Part shown: positions 12,480-26,311 of the stretch, piece by piece
How the letters are laid out: every line of letters begins with the position of its first letter
Numbering within the stretch: position 1 is the stretch's first letter
NCBI GenBank assembly: GCA_016748015.1
Contig: JAAOMT010000777.1
Span: 315,209-379,208 of the forward strand
Reading direction: 5' to 3'
Length of the DNA: 64,000 nt
Source: Geosiphon pyriformis uo1
Lineage: Eukaryota; Fungi; Glomeromycota
The notes under the pieces: model-generated
Seen by the model: the letters and a program-made list of their open reading frames with translations, nothing else
The model's database searches: none
Told to the model about the DNA's origin: nothing
Made by a program: the position numbers and the translations under genes

Positions 12480-12879
12480 CTAATAATCGAATGAGGATGA
12501 AGATGGGTGGATTTAATAAATTGTTTTCTATTAAGCTATGTTGAATGTAAAAAATTTTTCTTTGTATCTGAATTGATATCATAAGAATAATTTATTTATT
12601 TTTTATTTAATGAATTTTGCTTCCATATTCAAGAATAAGTTTAAATATGAGAAATTTTCATTTTTTAACTAGGTCCAAGCTTAATACGAATTTAATATGT
12701 TTCGTTTTTTTTTTACAAAAGGCAAGGGGTAATCCAGAACATTTTGCTCAATTTTTCAACCAATTAGAAAACTGTTTCATGGTGTTGATTATTTCCCGTT
12801 TTTAAAAACAGGCTTTTGAAATTTGTGCTTTTTTTTTAAAAAAAAGCAAGGGTTCGATTAAATTCTTAATCGATCATAA

Positions 12880-13499
<620 letters not shown>

Positions 13500-15308
13500 G
13501 ATTATTTTTTAATTTATTTAATAAAAATACAAAGAAATGTGGTATTTCTTATATATACATCGTTTTTCTTTAATCAATGAATAAATTTGGTTAACAATAA
13601 GGAAAACTAAAAACACCGTATAAAACACTGTATAAAAATGTTGGTTTTTAGTAGTATTCATAAACAAATACATATGCTTTGAAGCTTTAACTTAAAATAA
13701 CAATATTTCTAAAAAAAAACACTATTAATACTATTAATGATCATCAATCATGTTTTGAAATAAAAAAAAAGTAGTTGAAATTTATTATAAAAAACTCTTT
13801 TGTACAATATTTTTTTTTCCAATTGTTAAATTTTTTGAGAATTATACATGTTATCTTATATATATTAAGTACACATATACACATTAAAATTATGGATTAT
13901 ATTTTAAATAATAAAAAATTATTATTTATATTTTATTATGTTTTCTTACAAAAAATTACGTTTAAATATTTTTTATGAAATTTTATTCAATTTTACAAAT
14001 GGTTTTTTGTTAATTTTGGCAATTTTTTTTTATATCCTTTAATTTTAGTTTTGACTCCTTTTTTTCTGATTTTTAAAAACTTTTAATTAAATTTGTTTCA
14101 TTTTTTTTAATTAATTAATTAATAAATTAATTATAATTTTTATAATTATAAATTTTGAATTAAAATTTTATTATAAAATATATTGAAATTATTTTAAATA
14201 TATTATTATTATTATTATTTAAGACTTTGAAATTATTAAATCTTTTGTTTTTAATAATAATATATTTATAACAATATATATATACATATATCAATTTAAA
14301 GATAATATTTTAAAAAATAATTTTTAACACATTTTATTTTAATAATTTTTTTTAAAATAAAATATTAATAAATATTTATATTTATATTTATATTTTAATA
14401 AATAATAAATAATATCAATATATTAATAATAATAAATACAAAGAATAAATAAATTTTAAATTTTTATTTGAATATTTTTTATTTGTATAAAATTCTATTT
14501 TTGATTTATTCTCAATTTTTATATTTTCGGAATTATTTAATTAACGATATTTTATTAATATGATAATTATTTATTTATTTATTGATTGATTTATTGATTT
14601 ATTGTTTATTATTTTGTTTTTGTTTTTGTTTTTGTTATTGATTGTATGATTATAATTATAAATTACGTAATAATTATTTTATTATATTATAAAATTAATT
14701 AATCTATTTATTTTATTGTTAATAAATTTATAACTATTAATAAAAATAAAAATAAAAATAAAAAAAATGCAAGAAAAAATTTTCACCAAATTTTAATTAA
14801 ATTAAAAAAAAAACTTAAATCTTTAATTCAATTTTATATAAAATTTAAATTTCTTAGAAAAAATATTTTAAATATTAAATATTGATTTATTATATAATAA
14901 TTTGTATTTCATTAATATTTTATTATGATAATATATATATATATATATATGTATGTATTTTGGTTTAATTGTAAAAAAAAATTATATTAATATTTAATTA
15001 TTGTATAAAATACTTTTAATTAACAATAAAATTTAATTTAATTTTTACCCATTATTTTATATATATATATATTAAAAAAAATAATTAAAACAATAACTTT
15101 TTTAATATTTTATATTAATTTATCATATTATTAAAACTGAGTTTTATGATTTAAAATTAATTGACAATTTTTTTGGATATGATTAACTAATTTTTTTCCC
15201 TTATATATTATTTAAAAAGCCCATTATAAAATTATTTCTCTTTATAAAATTTTTTTTTTACTTTTATAAAATAAATTTAATTAATGTTTCATTTTAAAAA
15301 GTAAATAT

Positions 15309-15347
<39 letters not shown>

Positions 15348-15948
15348 CTCAAATTATAATAATCTAAAAGATTTTCCATTCATTATTGTAGAATAAATTT
15401 ATTTTTATTTTGAGATTCCGAGTTTCAAAAAAATTAGCCATATTTTTATTCATATTTTATTAATCCTTAATTTTTTTTCTTAATTTAATTTCAATTACTC
15501 TGAAACATTACCAAAATTATGGAATTTTTTGAAGTTAGCCGTTTCTAAAAAAATAAATTTAATGAACTATATTAATCAAACTAAATAATTTTATGAATTT
15601 GAAGAAATTCTATTTTTAGTATTCAAATCTAAAAAATAAAATCAAAAATAATTTTTAAGGGGTCTGTATTTAATGAAGCATTCCCTTCGATATATTTCAT
15701 CCTTAAAAAACCTATCAGAAAAACAGTGAGAATAATTTAGAATTAATAGCGACCTTTTAAGTTTGATTTTCAATCAAGAGTTTTAGCCTCCACCTGATAA
15801 ATATTAAGCTGTATGTTTTAGAAAGCAGTTTTTATTAATAATCGATCGGTAGCACAATCAAATTTCTTTAGATGCCTATTAAAAGCAGGAAATTTCATCC
15901 AACATTAAAACTTAGACTTGAATAATTTTAAAATGGTTATTGACTAGA

Positions 15949-17707
15949 TTTATTAAAATCAAGAATTGGAAGGAAAACTTATCGAGATATAAGTCTTTAA
16001 ATTTAATTTCGAATTAATAATTTTGACAAAATATTCAAAATCTACTAGCCTAATTCCCCATATTAAAAACTGGTATTGAGATATATTTAGTAAAGATATG
16101 AATTTTAAGTTAAGATATTTATCTTATTATTCATAATCAAGATTATAAAAAATAATACCAAAGTTCCGTACTGGATTAAAAAAGTTTCTTATATTTATTG
16201 ATTTTTTTTAGCATTTAATTAAATCTCAGCTTTAAAAATAATAGCTTGATGCGCATAAGTTAGATCAAGAAAACATTTAAAATTTATATAATAGCATGAA
16301 GGAAGTAAATCGTCTGCTAAAGATGATTTAAAAAAGTCTCTACATTAACAAAGAATTCAAAGCGCATAAGCAAAAAGGTGAATATTAAAAATGATAGCAT
16401 TATCTAAAAAAACCTATTTATGAGCAAGCAAAGCGTTTCACCAGAAGAAGCTTCACAAGTCTAAAAATATATTCATTAAAAAGTTTTTCAAAAATGATGA
16501 ACATTGAAGCCAAGCTTATTAAACTTTTGTTCACTCTCATTGCTCTTTCATCCCCTATCATCCAAAACTTTTACGCATCTGCAGCTCCTATTCAAACGCG
16601 TAATTTCGTGCCAGGTTTCAAGCCGGTAATTTTCCTTAATACCGCTCAAGAAACTATTGCATCCAATGAAGCAGCCAACACAAATCAATTAGAAATTGAA
16701 GCAGCTAATGCAGCTCAAACTGCAAATACCTATGATAATGAGGCTGCATCAACTTTACTTGTTAACAAACGCAATTTTCTGACAGGATATAAACCAGTCA
16801 TCCTTCTAAATTCTGCACAAGAGACCATTGCGTCCAATGAAGCAGCCAACACAAATCAATTAGAAATTGAAGCGGCAAATGCAGCTCAAACGGCGAATAC
16901 ATATGATAATGAGGCAGCATCGACTTTACTTGTTAACAAACGCAATTTTCTGACAGGATATAAACCAGTCATCCTTCTAAATTCTGCTCAAGAAACAATT
17001 GCATCTAATGAAGCCGCCAACACAAATCAATTAGAAATTGAAGCGGCAAATGCAGCTCAAACGGCGAATACTTATGATAATGAAGCTGCTGCAACTTTCT
17101 TACTTAACAAACGCAATTTCCTAACAGGATATAAGCCAGTCATTCTTTTCAATACTGCTCAAGAAACAATTGCATCCAATGAAGCCGCCAACACAAATCA
17201 ATTAGAAATTGAAGCGGCAAATGCAGCTCAAACGGCGAATACTTATGATAATGAAGCTGCTGCAACTTTCTTACTTAACAAACGCAATTTCCTAACAGGA
17301 TATAAGCCAGTCATTCTTCTTAATAATGCCCATGAAACCATTGCGTCCAATGAAGCAGCCAACACGAATCAATTAGAAATCGTGGCGGCCAATGCAGCTC
17401 AAACGGCAAATACCTATGATAATGAGGCTGCTGCTACTTTTCTTTTTAATTGATTAGTCGTTTAACTTTCTATTAATTTAGGCTAGAAACTAAAAAATTA
17501 GTTATAATGTATATTATTATATTTTAAAAACAAGAATTCTAAAAATAATTAAAATCGAGTTTCTTTATAATTATTAAAGAAATTCATCAACTAAGTAAAG
17601 GCATAAGGGTTTTCCTTAATGCTAAAATTTTCAACATGAAATAATTAGAATCACAAGCTTTATTATCTAAAAAAAAAAGTTTGGAATTGAGAATATATCT
17701 TTTTCTT
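15949..17707 (+). repeat. Left arm of a long inverted repeat (1759 bp), containing precursor copy 1 with its promoter and 3' flank
   Basis: Reverse complement of 19443-21030. Sharp ends are at TTTATTAAAATCAAG (15949) and ...ATATATCTTTTTCTT (17707). Confidence 0.92.
16494..17453 (+). CDS. Secreted Kex2-processed repeat precursor (KEP-like), copy 1, five 57-aa units
   Basis: Hydrophobic signal (LIKLLFTLIALSS...ASA-API), monobasic QTR, then units NFLTGYKPVILLNSAQETIASNEAANTNQLEIEAANAAQTANTYDNEAASTLLVN-KR. The gene is intronless, and differences between units are mostly synonymous. Confidence 0.9.
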   Translation: MMNIEAKLIKLLFTLIALSSPIIQNFYASAAPIQTRNFVPGFKPVIFLNTAQETIASNEAANTNQLEIEAANAAQTANTYDNEAASTLLVNKRNFLTGYKPVILLNSAQETIASNEAANTNQLEIEAANAAQTANTYDNEAASTLLVNKRNFLTGYKPVILLNSAQETIASNEAANTNQLEIEAANAAQTANTYDNEAAATFLLNKRNFLTGYKPVILFNTAQETIASNEAANTNQLEIEAANAAQTANTYDNEAAATFLLNKRNFLTGYKPVILLNNAHETIASNEAANTNQLEIVAANAAQTANTYDNEAAATFLFN

Positions 17708-19442
17708 TAAGCTCGCTGAAAATTATTTGGGGCATAATGTGATAATTTCATATCAAGCCGTGTTTGAGAGAAAACATTTGTGGATAGGCAATGAATTTAA
17801 TTCGGAAAGTGATAGGCTCTGATGGGCCTTTACCGATCTCTCTTTTTAATAAAGCTTCCATGACTACATCCGAGCGAGATGTATTTTGTATAAATGCTTT
17901 AATTTCATTATCCAAATAGTACAAAAAAACTTTAAATTTTATTAAATTTCGGACAATCCAACATTGAGATTGTTCTTTAATTAATATATCTATTTTGAGA
18001 AGCCATTGAATTTTGTAAAATACGTTAGATCAAGCCAAAGAAGCGCTATATGTATACTTAACCAATTTTTTATTATCAGTTTTAAAATTTATACTTTTTA
18101 CAAAAGGTATGAAAATACTGTACAAATTTACAATTAAATTTTGCTCATGTTTTGATCAATTTTGCCCATATTCTTACACTAGCTGTTTTCAAAGTTTTAT
18201 TTAAAGAAGACATATTTTTGATATGATTTAAAAACCAGCCTAATTATTTAAAACAAGCAATAATTAATTAAAATTAGTTGGAGTTAATAAAATTTATTAA
18301 TATATTTAGTTTTAATTGAGTAATATCAAATAAGCAACTAGAAAAGTTTTATTATTCACATTCAATTCTGTTTTATAAATTTATAGTTTTACAATATAAA
18401 GAAGTTGGTCAATACTAATCAATTAGCAAAAATTTTAATCAATAAAAATAAGTCATGTATTTTAATTTTGGTATATTAACTTAAAACTAAATTAAATTAA
18501 ATTAAATTAATTTTTATAATTAAGAATAAATATAATTGTTCTAAATTTCTTTTAATCATTTATTTTTAAGAACTAATCAAGAAAAATTAAAGCCAATTTG
18601 GTTAACAGTTAAATAAAACTTGAATAAAAAATCAGAATTTATAGAAATTAAATATTTTAGTTATTTAAAAACAACTTTGATTAATAACTAATCAGATAAT
18701 TTTAAATAAATTAAAAACCAGAATATAAAACTTAAGATTTATAATAAATTATTTATTATAAAAAATTTTTAATATAAAAAAATTAACTTAAACAAAATAA
18801 TATTTATTTCAATTTTTATATTTATTATATTAATTTTTTTATTATTTTTCATTTGTATTTTTTATAAAATATATCAAATAATAAGCACAATTAAAAAAAT
18901 ATTTACTTAATAAAAATTTTATTAAATTTAAATTTATATTTTTTTATAAATTTTTGTACAAAAAAACTTAATACATATACAAATCAAATTATTAATCATA
19001 ATTGTTCATATTTTTTTTGGTATATTGAATAAAAAATTTATTTTAATATAAATTATTATGGTTTTTTATTTATTTAATATGTTTATTAATAACTTTATAT
19101 ATTCTTTACGTTTTTTAAAATGTTTATTAAAACCATTTTGCATTATATATATTTTTACATTATATACATTAAGAAACCAAATTTTTACATTATGAGAATT
19201 GATTGCCAACTTTTTTTCTAATATATATAATAATATTTTATAATTGCAGTTTCAAAAAATATTTACCATTCAACAAAATAATGAAAAAAATATTCTCATT
19301 TTTTAGATTAAAATCAGACAAACTAAACTTGCTTAATACTTTTTAATGATAAGTCAAACTTTTATTGAAAATTTATCAACTATAAAATTGGCCATTTGTA
19401 AGAATAATTAACTCCGAAAGATTACCTCAAAACTAACTTTTT

Positions 19443-21030
19443 AAGAAAAAGATATATTCTCAATTCCAAACTTTTTTTTTTAGATAATAAAGCTTGTGAT
19501 TCTAATTATTTCATGTTGAAAATTTTAGCATTAAGGAAAACCCTTATGCCTTTACTTAGTTGATGAATTTCTTTAATAATTATAAAGAAACTCGATTTTA
19601 ATTATTTTTAGAATTCTTGTTTTTAAAATATAATAATATACATTATAACTAATTTTTTAGTTTCTAGCCTAAATTAATAGAAAGTTAAACGACTAATCAA
19701 TTAAAAAGAAAAGTAGCAGCAGCCTCATTATCATAGGTATTTGCCGTTTGAGCTGCATTGGCCGCCACGATTTCTAATTGATTCGTGTTGGCTGCTTCAT
19801 TGGACGCAATGGTTTCATGGGCATTATTAAGAAGAATGACTGGCTTATATCCTGTTAGGAAATTGCGTTTGTTAAGTAAGAAAGTTGCAGCAGCTTCATT
19901 ATCATAAGTATTCGCCGTTTGAGCTGCATTTGCCGCTTCAATTTCTAATTGATTTGTGTTGGCGGCTTCATTAGATGCAATTGTTTCTTGAGCAGAATTT
20001 AGAAGGATGACTGGTTTATATCCTGTCAGAAAATTGCGTTTGTTAACAAGTAAAGTCGATGCTGCCTCATTATCATATGTATTCGCCGTTTGAGCTGCAT
20101 TTGCCGCTTCAATTTCTAATTGATTTGTGTTGGCTGCTTCATTGGACGCAATGGTCTCTTGTGCAGAATTTAGAAGGATGACTGGTTTATATCCTGTCAG
20201 AAAATTGCGTTTGTTAACAAGTAAAGTTGATGCAGCCTCATTATCATAGGTATTTGCAGTTTGAGCTGCATTAGCTGCTTCAATTTCTAATTGATTTGTG
20301 TTGGCTGCTTCATTGGATGCAATAGTTTCTTGAGCGGTATTAAGGAAAATTACCGGCTTGAAACCTGGCACGAAATTACGCGTTTGAATAGGAGCTGCAG
20401 ATGCGTAAAAGTTTTGGATGATAGGGGATGAAAGAGCAATGAGAGTGAACAAAAGTTTAATAAGCTTGGCTTCAATGTTCATCATTTTTGAAAAACTTTT
20501 TAATGAATATATTTTTAGACTTGTGAAGCTTCTTCTGGTGAAACGCTTTGCTTGCTCATAAATAGGTTTTTTTAGATAATGCTATCATTTTTAATATTCA
20601 CCTTTTTGCTTATGCGCTTTGAATTCTTTGTTAATGTAGAGACTTTTTTAAATCATCTTTAGCAGACGATTTACTTCCTTCATGCTATTATATAAATTTT
20701 AAATGTTTTCTTGATCTAACTTATGCGCATCAAGCTATTATTTTTAAAGCTGAGATTTAATTAAATGCTAAAAAAAATCAATAAATATAAGAAACTTTTT
20801 TAATCCAGTACGGAACTTTGGTATTATTTTTTATAATCTTGATTATGAATAATAAGATAAATATCTTAACTTAAAATTCATATCTTTACTAAATATATCT
20901 CAATACCAGTTTTTAATATGGGGAATTAGGCTAGTAGATTTTGAATATTTTGTCAAAATTATTAATTCGAAATTAAATTTAAAGACTTATATCTCGATAA
21001 GTTTTCCTTCCAATTCTTGATTTTAATAAA
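19443..21030 (-). repeat. Right arm of the long inverted repeat (1588 bp)
   Basis: Matches the left arm. The length difference of 171 bp is exactly one 57-codon unit. Confidence 0.92.
19697..20485 (-). CDS. Secreted Kex2-processed repeat precursor, copy 2, four units
   Basis: Same protein as copy 1 minus one repeat unit; convergent orientation. Confidence 0.9.
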   Translation of the reverse strand: MMNIEAKLIKLLFTLIALSSPIIQNFYASAAPIQTRNFVPGFKPVIFLNTAQETIASNEAANTNQLEIEAANAAQTANTYDNEAASTLLVNKRNFLTGYKPVILLNSAQETIASNEAANTNQLEIEAANAAQTANTYDNEAASTLLVNKRNFLTGYKPVILLNSAQETIASNEAANTNQLEIEAANAAQTANTYDNEAAATFLLNKRNFLTGYKPVILLNNAHETIASNEAANTNQLEIVAANAAQTANTYDNEAAATFLFN

Positions 21031-22112
21031 GTTAACCAATTAATGTTTTTCACCAGGATTTGGATGAATCAACATACTAAACGTAGCAAAATCTAAATGA
21101 TTTTAACATTGGAATAGCTGCTTGTTTCATTATCTTAATTTGGTTACTTTTTAACATCATAACATAATTTTATCTTTTAATTAATAAGATTAATAACATA
21201 AATGGTTTGTTTATTATTTTTATTTAACAATAATCATTAAATCCAACTTCATTTATCACTCAAATTTCTTTGTTAATTAGCATTAATCAAATGTATTAAC
21301 TAAATTCATAAAAAAAAGGGCTTGGCTTAAATCAGGAAATAATTAATTAACCGAATCGGGTAACAGAAAGCGCATATCGTTACCTTTTTTGAGTGCTTCA
21401 CAAAAGTTAAAAAATTAGTCGTACAAAAACCGGTTTTTGATTAAAATCTTTCACTATTATCTATCGCTTGTCAAGGAACAAGATTCAATTCATATATGAA
21501 ATGGTTCACTTCTAATGAATAAAAAATTTTGATCGAAGCTTGGCTCGAATGAGATGATTATCGAAAAATATATCCTAAATTCGAGTTTAGCCTTTAAAAG
21601 CCCTCACCTTTTGTAATCATAATAAACCCTGAAGGTTAGAATGGCTTAAAAAAGTTCGAGGTGATTGGTGGGGATTTCTGTTCGCATTGACAATTTTGTA
21701 TATCAGGCATGCATTAAATCCTCGTGGATATTTGATGCATAATAGCGTCATGCTGAAAGCCGATCAATAATAGGAATTTATTACTCGGCCGCGTGGCTGG
21801 CTAACTATCGACAAAACACACACACTTTTTTTTTGCGTTTCAAAAGTTTTGTTGAACACCCCCCCCCCCAACTTCTTTGCGATATTCCTGTTTGTGCTAT
21901 TGCGAGTATCTGGTATATTTTCCAAGGTCTTGAGCACGAGATCAATAGCAAACCTTCTTTACCCAAAAACTTTCTTCTTATTACGGTATAACAGCCCACT
22001 TTTTTGAAAAAAGACGGGAACTTTTCATTCCTTTTCATTCTGTATAATAGAAGATAATTTTAAAGAAGCAACTTATTTTAAAAGCTTCAGTACAAAGCCT
22101 TTACCTTTAAGT

Positions 22113-23706
22113 ATGTCGCGACAACAAGAATATTCGGAACATCCACAGAAGCAAGTACCTTCAGAGAGTCGACTGCAACAGCAGGAATATCAACAACAGG
22201 AAGAGGAATGTTCAGATAATCAACAACAGGAAGAGGAATATTCCCACTATCCCCAACAACAGGAACATCCATATTATCCTCAACAACAAGAACATTCATA
22301 TTATCCTCAACAACAAGAACATTCATATTATCCCCAACAAGAAAATTCATATTATCTCCAACAACCAGAAAATTCATACTATACTTCACAACATGCACAA
22401 TACCCACCCAATAATCAATACTCACAGCAACCCTATACTCAGCCTCTACAAAGAGAATATAACGCCTCATCCCAAACGCAACCACTACCACCCCATTACG
22501 AGAGCGGAAGAAATACACCTATTAATGACCCCTATCTACCACATTCTAATAGTAATAGTGAAGGTTATGGCTATTATCAGACTCCACCACCTGAACAGAG
22601 CCCTGAATACTCCCGACAGCCTGATCGTAATGGTAGTGATAAAGGGGGTGATGATGATTTTGCGGATAAGTTGGGAAAAGAATCAATTCCTGAAGATGAT
22701 GGATGGGAATATCGGCCACCTCATCATGGTCATATTATTACCAGAGGAGAGATGATCAGTCGAATAGTACCATATTATGAAGTAAGTGATAAAAGATTTT
22801 GAATTTTGATGGAACATTAAATGTATTCGAGAAATCGATCATGTAGAAATATTTAATTTATGAAATTTGAAATTTCACTTCTTTAGATGTTTGCTATTAA
22901 CGTGTTTTTCTTGGGTTACAAAGTTCTTGATAACGCTCAGCGAGCCGTTGGAGGCAGTACTTATCGAATAGTATTATATGAAGCATGCACAGATCGTTGG
23001 AAAATTGAGGATTTCGATTTCTGTGCAGCATCTCGTTTAGTAAAGGGTTTGATCGGAGGTGCTATAATTTACTTTATAGTTACTGCACTATTTGCTATCG
23101 CAATAGCTATGGAGTTAAAAAGGAAAGGCTACCATGCGACTTTTACAGCTCTATGGAATTCTCCATTTTTCTTGGTCTGTTTCTTCTTTCCGGACGTAAA
23201 ACGTGTTGATATAATGAGCATACCCAATAAATATGTTAAATTAACCCTATGGACACGAGCACATATACAACGAATCTCAATGGCGGTCTATTGCTTTGTA
23301 TGTGCGACCTTGGTACTCAATTCTTTGACCAACAAGTAAGATACATGAGATTAGATTAAAATTTTCTTTGGGATCGATTTATTAAATTCTTTCTCTTTTA
23401 TTATAGAACAGCCGAATCTGCTAAAATCAGAGGAGAGAATTTGAATGATGGAATAAAAAAATGTAAATATCTTGACCAAAATTTTATCTTGATTTCTAAT
23501 ATAAATTTTTTTTTAATCTTTCATCTATTTAATTTGGTACAGACTACAATCCTTACTTGATCCCATATTACGTTGCCCTTTACATTTTCTTTAAAACACT
23601 ATTGACGATGTTAATTGAGATCTTTCAAGACAAACATATTCGAAACCAACCCGAATTAATTGGACGATCTTACGAGTCCATTAAGTTAAACGGAAAGAAA
23701 GAATAA
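22113..23706 (+). CDS. Multi-pass membrane protein (about 4 hydrophobic segments) with a long Q/Y/P/E-rich N-terminal region; four exons; unknown function
   Basis: Exons 22113-22781, 22887-23335, 23407-23462 and 23543-23706 have phase-compatible GT-AG junctions. There are YPQQQEHSY repeats. Hydrophobic stretches include GLIGGAIIYFIVTALFAIAIAM, MAVYCFVCATLVL and LIPYYVALYIFFKTLLTMLI. Confidence 0.75.
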
Positions 23707-24110
23707 AATCAGGTTCACGTTCAAATGGACAATGATATATGTCATCACCTCTTTTAGCCGAATTATATCATTATCATAAACTTGTAATATTTGTACGAAA
23801 TTAGATTTTCATAGATGATAATTATTTATTTCTGGACTTATAATAAATTTAACATTAAGTGCATTCTTTTTATGGCTGGCGATCTTCTAAATGTTTTCAA
23901 TCTCTGAAACAACAATGGCAAAAATGTTCTATTGGAAGTGGTACAAATATTGATTGCAGTTGTACAGCTTGGAAAGAAATAATTATGCAACTACGAAACA
24001 GTGTTAAAACTGTACGACATTATGACCTAAAAAGTTCAGATTAGTAAACACGATTTCAAGACATCTTTTTTTTTTTTCGGGCAAGGGATTATTGAAAATG
24101 ATAGAAAGAA

Positions 24111-24188
24111 NNNNNNNNNNNNNNNNNNNNNNNNNNNNNNNNNNNNNNNNNNNNNNNNNNNNNNNNNNNNNNNNNNNNNNNNNNNNNN
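24111..24188. other. Assembly gap (N run)
   Basis: Run of Ns. Confidence 1.
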
Positions 24189-24505
24189 CCCCCCCCAATT
24201 TTCTTAATTGTTATCTTCAGAGAGATATTGAATGATAAAAAATAAAATTGAAATTGAAAAAGGTAAAGAATTTTTAGAAATAATCTCGATATATATTTTT
24301 TTTTTACCGTACACACCAAAAAACTTTTTTCCTTTTAGGAATTATTATTATCATCATTATTATAATTATAATTATAATTATTATTATTATTATAAATTTT
24401 TTTTAAATTTCCTTTTTTTCAAAGAAAAATAATAATCTTATTAGGACAAACGTAGAATTTGATTTTCTTTTCTCGGTATACGCAAAGAATTTGATACGAA
24501 AAGAA

Positions 24506-24507
<2 letters not shown>

Positions 24508-24583
<76 letters not shown>
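24508..24583. repeat. (TTA)n microsatellite followed by a polypyrimidine (TTTTC)n tract
   Basis: Directly visible. Confidence 0.9.
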
Positions 24584-25369
24584 CTTTTTTCTTTTTCTTT
24601 TTCTTTTTCTTTTTTCTTTTTTCTTTCCTTTTTTTTTTAGGAAATTATGTTTTTTTTAATTTTCTTTTTTGAAACGGAAAATTAAAAAATTTTAATACAA
24701 AACTTTTAATTACAAAAAATAAATTCCTTAATAATATTAAATGCGGGAAAAAGTATCTACCGCGATCTATATAGAATATGTATCATGTTAATCGGTTAAT
24801 TAGAATATTATTAAATTTGATTAAAGACATTATGCATACAAACCCCTACCCTTTTTTACCAAATGATTTATCAAATACTTTAAAAGTAAAAAATCAAAAA
24901 ATAACCTTGGAAAAATCATAAGTGAGTTACTATGATCTGTGGATCATGTTACAAGTCCTGCAATCAGAAAGTCATAGTTGTTGTCGAAACCAAATACCAA
25001 TATTTTGTATTTATTTCAAAGTGAACACCTTATTATCAAGGAATAGAGTCCTTCGCTCACGCGTTCAAATCTCAAATCCTGAGGTTTTCCCTATCAAAGA
25101 TCACAAAATTTTCGCATTAATGAATCAGATGTTCCCAGACTTTTTTGTTATTAAGGAGTGACCGTGCGATTCGACCTGTATATAAAGATTTAGGATTTTA
25201 AAAAAAAAACAACAACAACAACAACAAAAAAACTTTTCTTAATTCTTTACCTTCACTCCTTCAAATTGCCAGGCTGCAATCTATCAGGAAAGCTATTGAA
25301 GAGCTTCTTAATAATCAATATTGAAAAACAAAATTCATTATCACTTCTTAAACTCGAACCAATTTCAAA

Positions 25370-26311
25370 ATGAGACAAGGCTTAATTCTTGTATTCTTCC
25401 TTATGACATTTGCTTTGACAGCTCTCGCGTTGCCTAATACACAGAGAAAGCATAGGAAACACAGATTTGGAAACAAGAAACAGGTGCAAAACACTTCACC
25501 AGCTACCTTAACCAAGAGTGCAGCATCCCCAATCTTAACCAAGAGTGCAGCATCCCCAATCTTAACCAAGAGTGCAGCATCCCCAATCTTAACCAAGAGT
25601 GCAGCATCCCCAATCTTAACCAAGAGTGTAACATCCCCAATCTTAACCAAGAGTGTAACAAGTACTTCATCAAGAGTAACTTCCCAAGCTTCACCAGCAC
25701 CAACTCAAACTCAAACTCAAACTCCCCCAATTAATAATAATAATAATAATAATAATAACGATTTCCTTTCTGGAGGTCCCAGTGGGAAAGTCTGTGACGT
25801 CTCAAAACTTCCTGCAACAAATGGCGAGCAAAAAACTGGCGGTTCATGTTCAAATACTCAATTGGGTGAAATTCCTTCTGTTGATAAAATGGTTTCCTCG
25901 CTAATCACCTCCCCTGGAAATGGGGCTACTTTGAGCGCCAATAAACCATTCACTGTTACTGTTGTCACCTCTAATTTGATAACTGGAAACTTTGATGATC
26001 CTAATAAAGAATATTATTTATTCTCCCAACAACTTAACAAAGACGGTTTCGTTAAAGGACATCAACATGTTACCGTTCAGGAATTGAGTTCTAATGGCCG
26101 ACCACCATCCGCGAAAGAAGTTAAGTTTTTCAAAGGTTTGAATAATCCTGCGAATAACAATGGTGAACTTAGTGTTGTGGTCGATACTCCTTTGGGTCCT
26201 GGAACATATAGAATTTGTACAATGTCTAGTTCATTTGGGCATCAACCTCTTCTAATGACGGTTGCTAGACGTGGTGCTCAAGATGATTGTATTCGTGTCA
26301 CCATGAAGTGA
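25370..26311 (+). CDS. Secreted protein with an S/T-rich repeat stalk and a conserved fungal C-terminal domain (family often mis-annotated 'ribosomal protein s17')
   Basis: Signal peptide ...TALA-LP, polybasic RKHRKHR and 9-aa repeats TKSAASPIL. The domain reads NGEQKTGGSC..LGEIPS..KM, GHQHVTVQ, FFKGLN, GTYRICTM, HQP..M.VARRGAQDDCIRV. Family recognition is from memory. Confidence 0.8.
   Translation: MRQGLILVFFLMTFALTALALPNTQRKHRKHRFGNKKQVQNTSPATLTKSAASPILTKSAASPILTKSAASPILTKSAASPILTKSVTSPILTKSVTSTSSRVTSQASPAPTQTQTQTPPINNNNNNNNNDFLSGGPSGKVCDVSKLPATNGEQKTGGSCSNTQLGEIPSVDKMVSSLITSPGNGATLSANKPFTVTVVTSNLITGNFDDPNKEYYLFSQQLNKDGFVKGHQHVTVQELSSNGRPPSAKEVKFFKGLNNPANNNGELSVVVDTPLGPGTYRICTMSSSFGHQPLLMTVARRGAQDDCIRVTMK
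25508..25660 (+). repeat. 27-bp coding minisatellite (ACCAAGAGTGCAGCATCCCCAATCTTA), about 5.5 copies
   Basis: Directly visible. Confidence 0.92.

Noticed and set aside
16600-17450. CRISPR-like array
   Set aside because: These are contiguous 171-bp coding repeats with no unique spacers, in eukaryotic DNA with no cas genes.
22087-22518. Minus-strand ORF with VVEDNMNVL repeats
   Set aside because: It is the antisense shadow of the Gln-rich repeats of the spliced plus-strand gene.
25348-25730. Antisense repeat ORFs (VKIGDAALL, LHSWLRLGM)
   Set aside because: They are shadow frames of the 27-bp minisatellite in the plus-strand secreted protein.
25370-26311. Ribosomal protein S17
   Set aside because: The signal peptide and sequence are unlike uS17/eS17; the label attached to this family appears to be a propagated mis-annotation.
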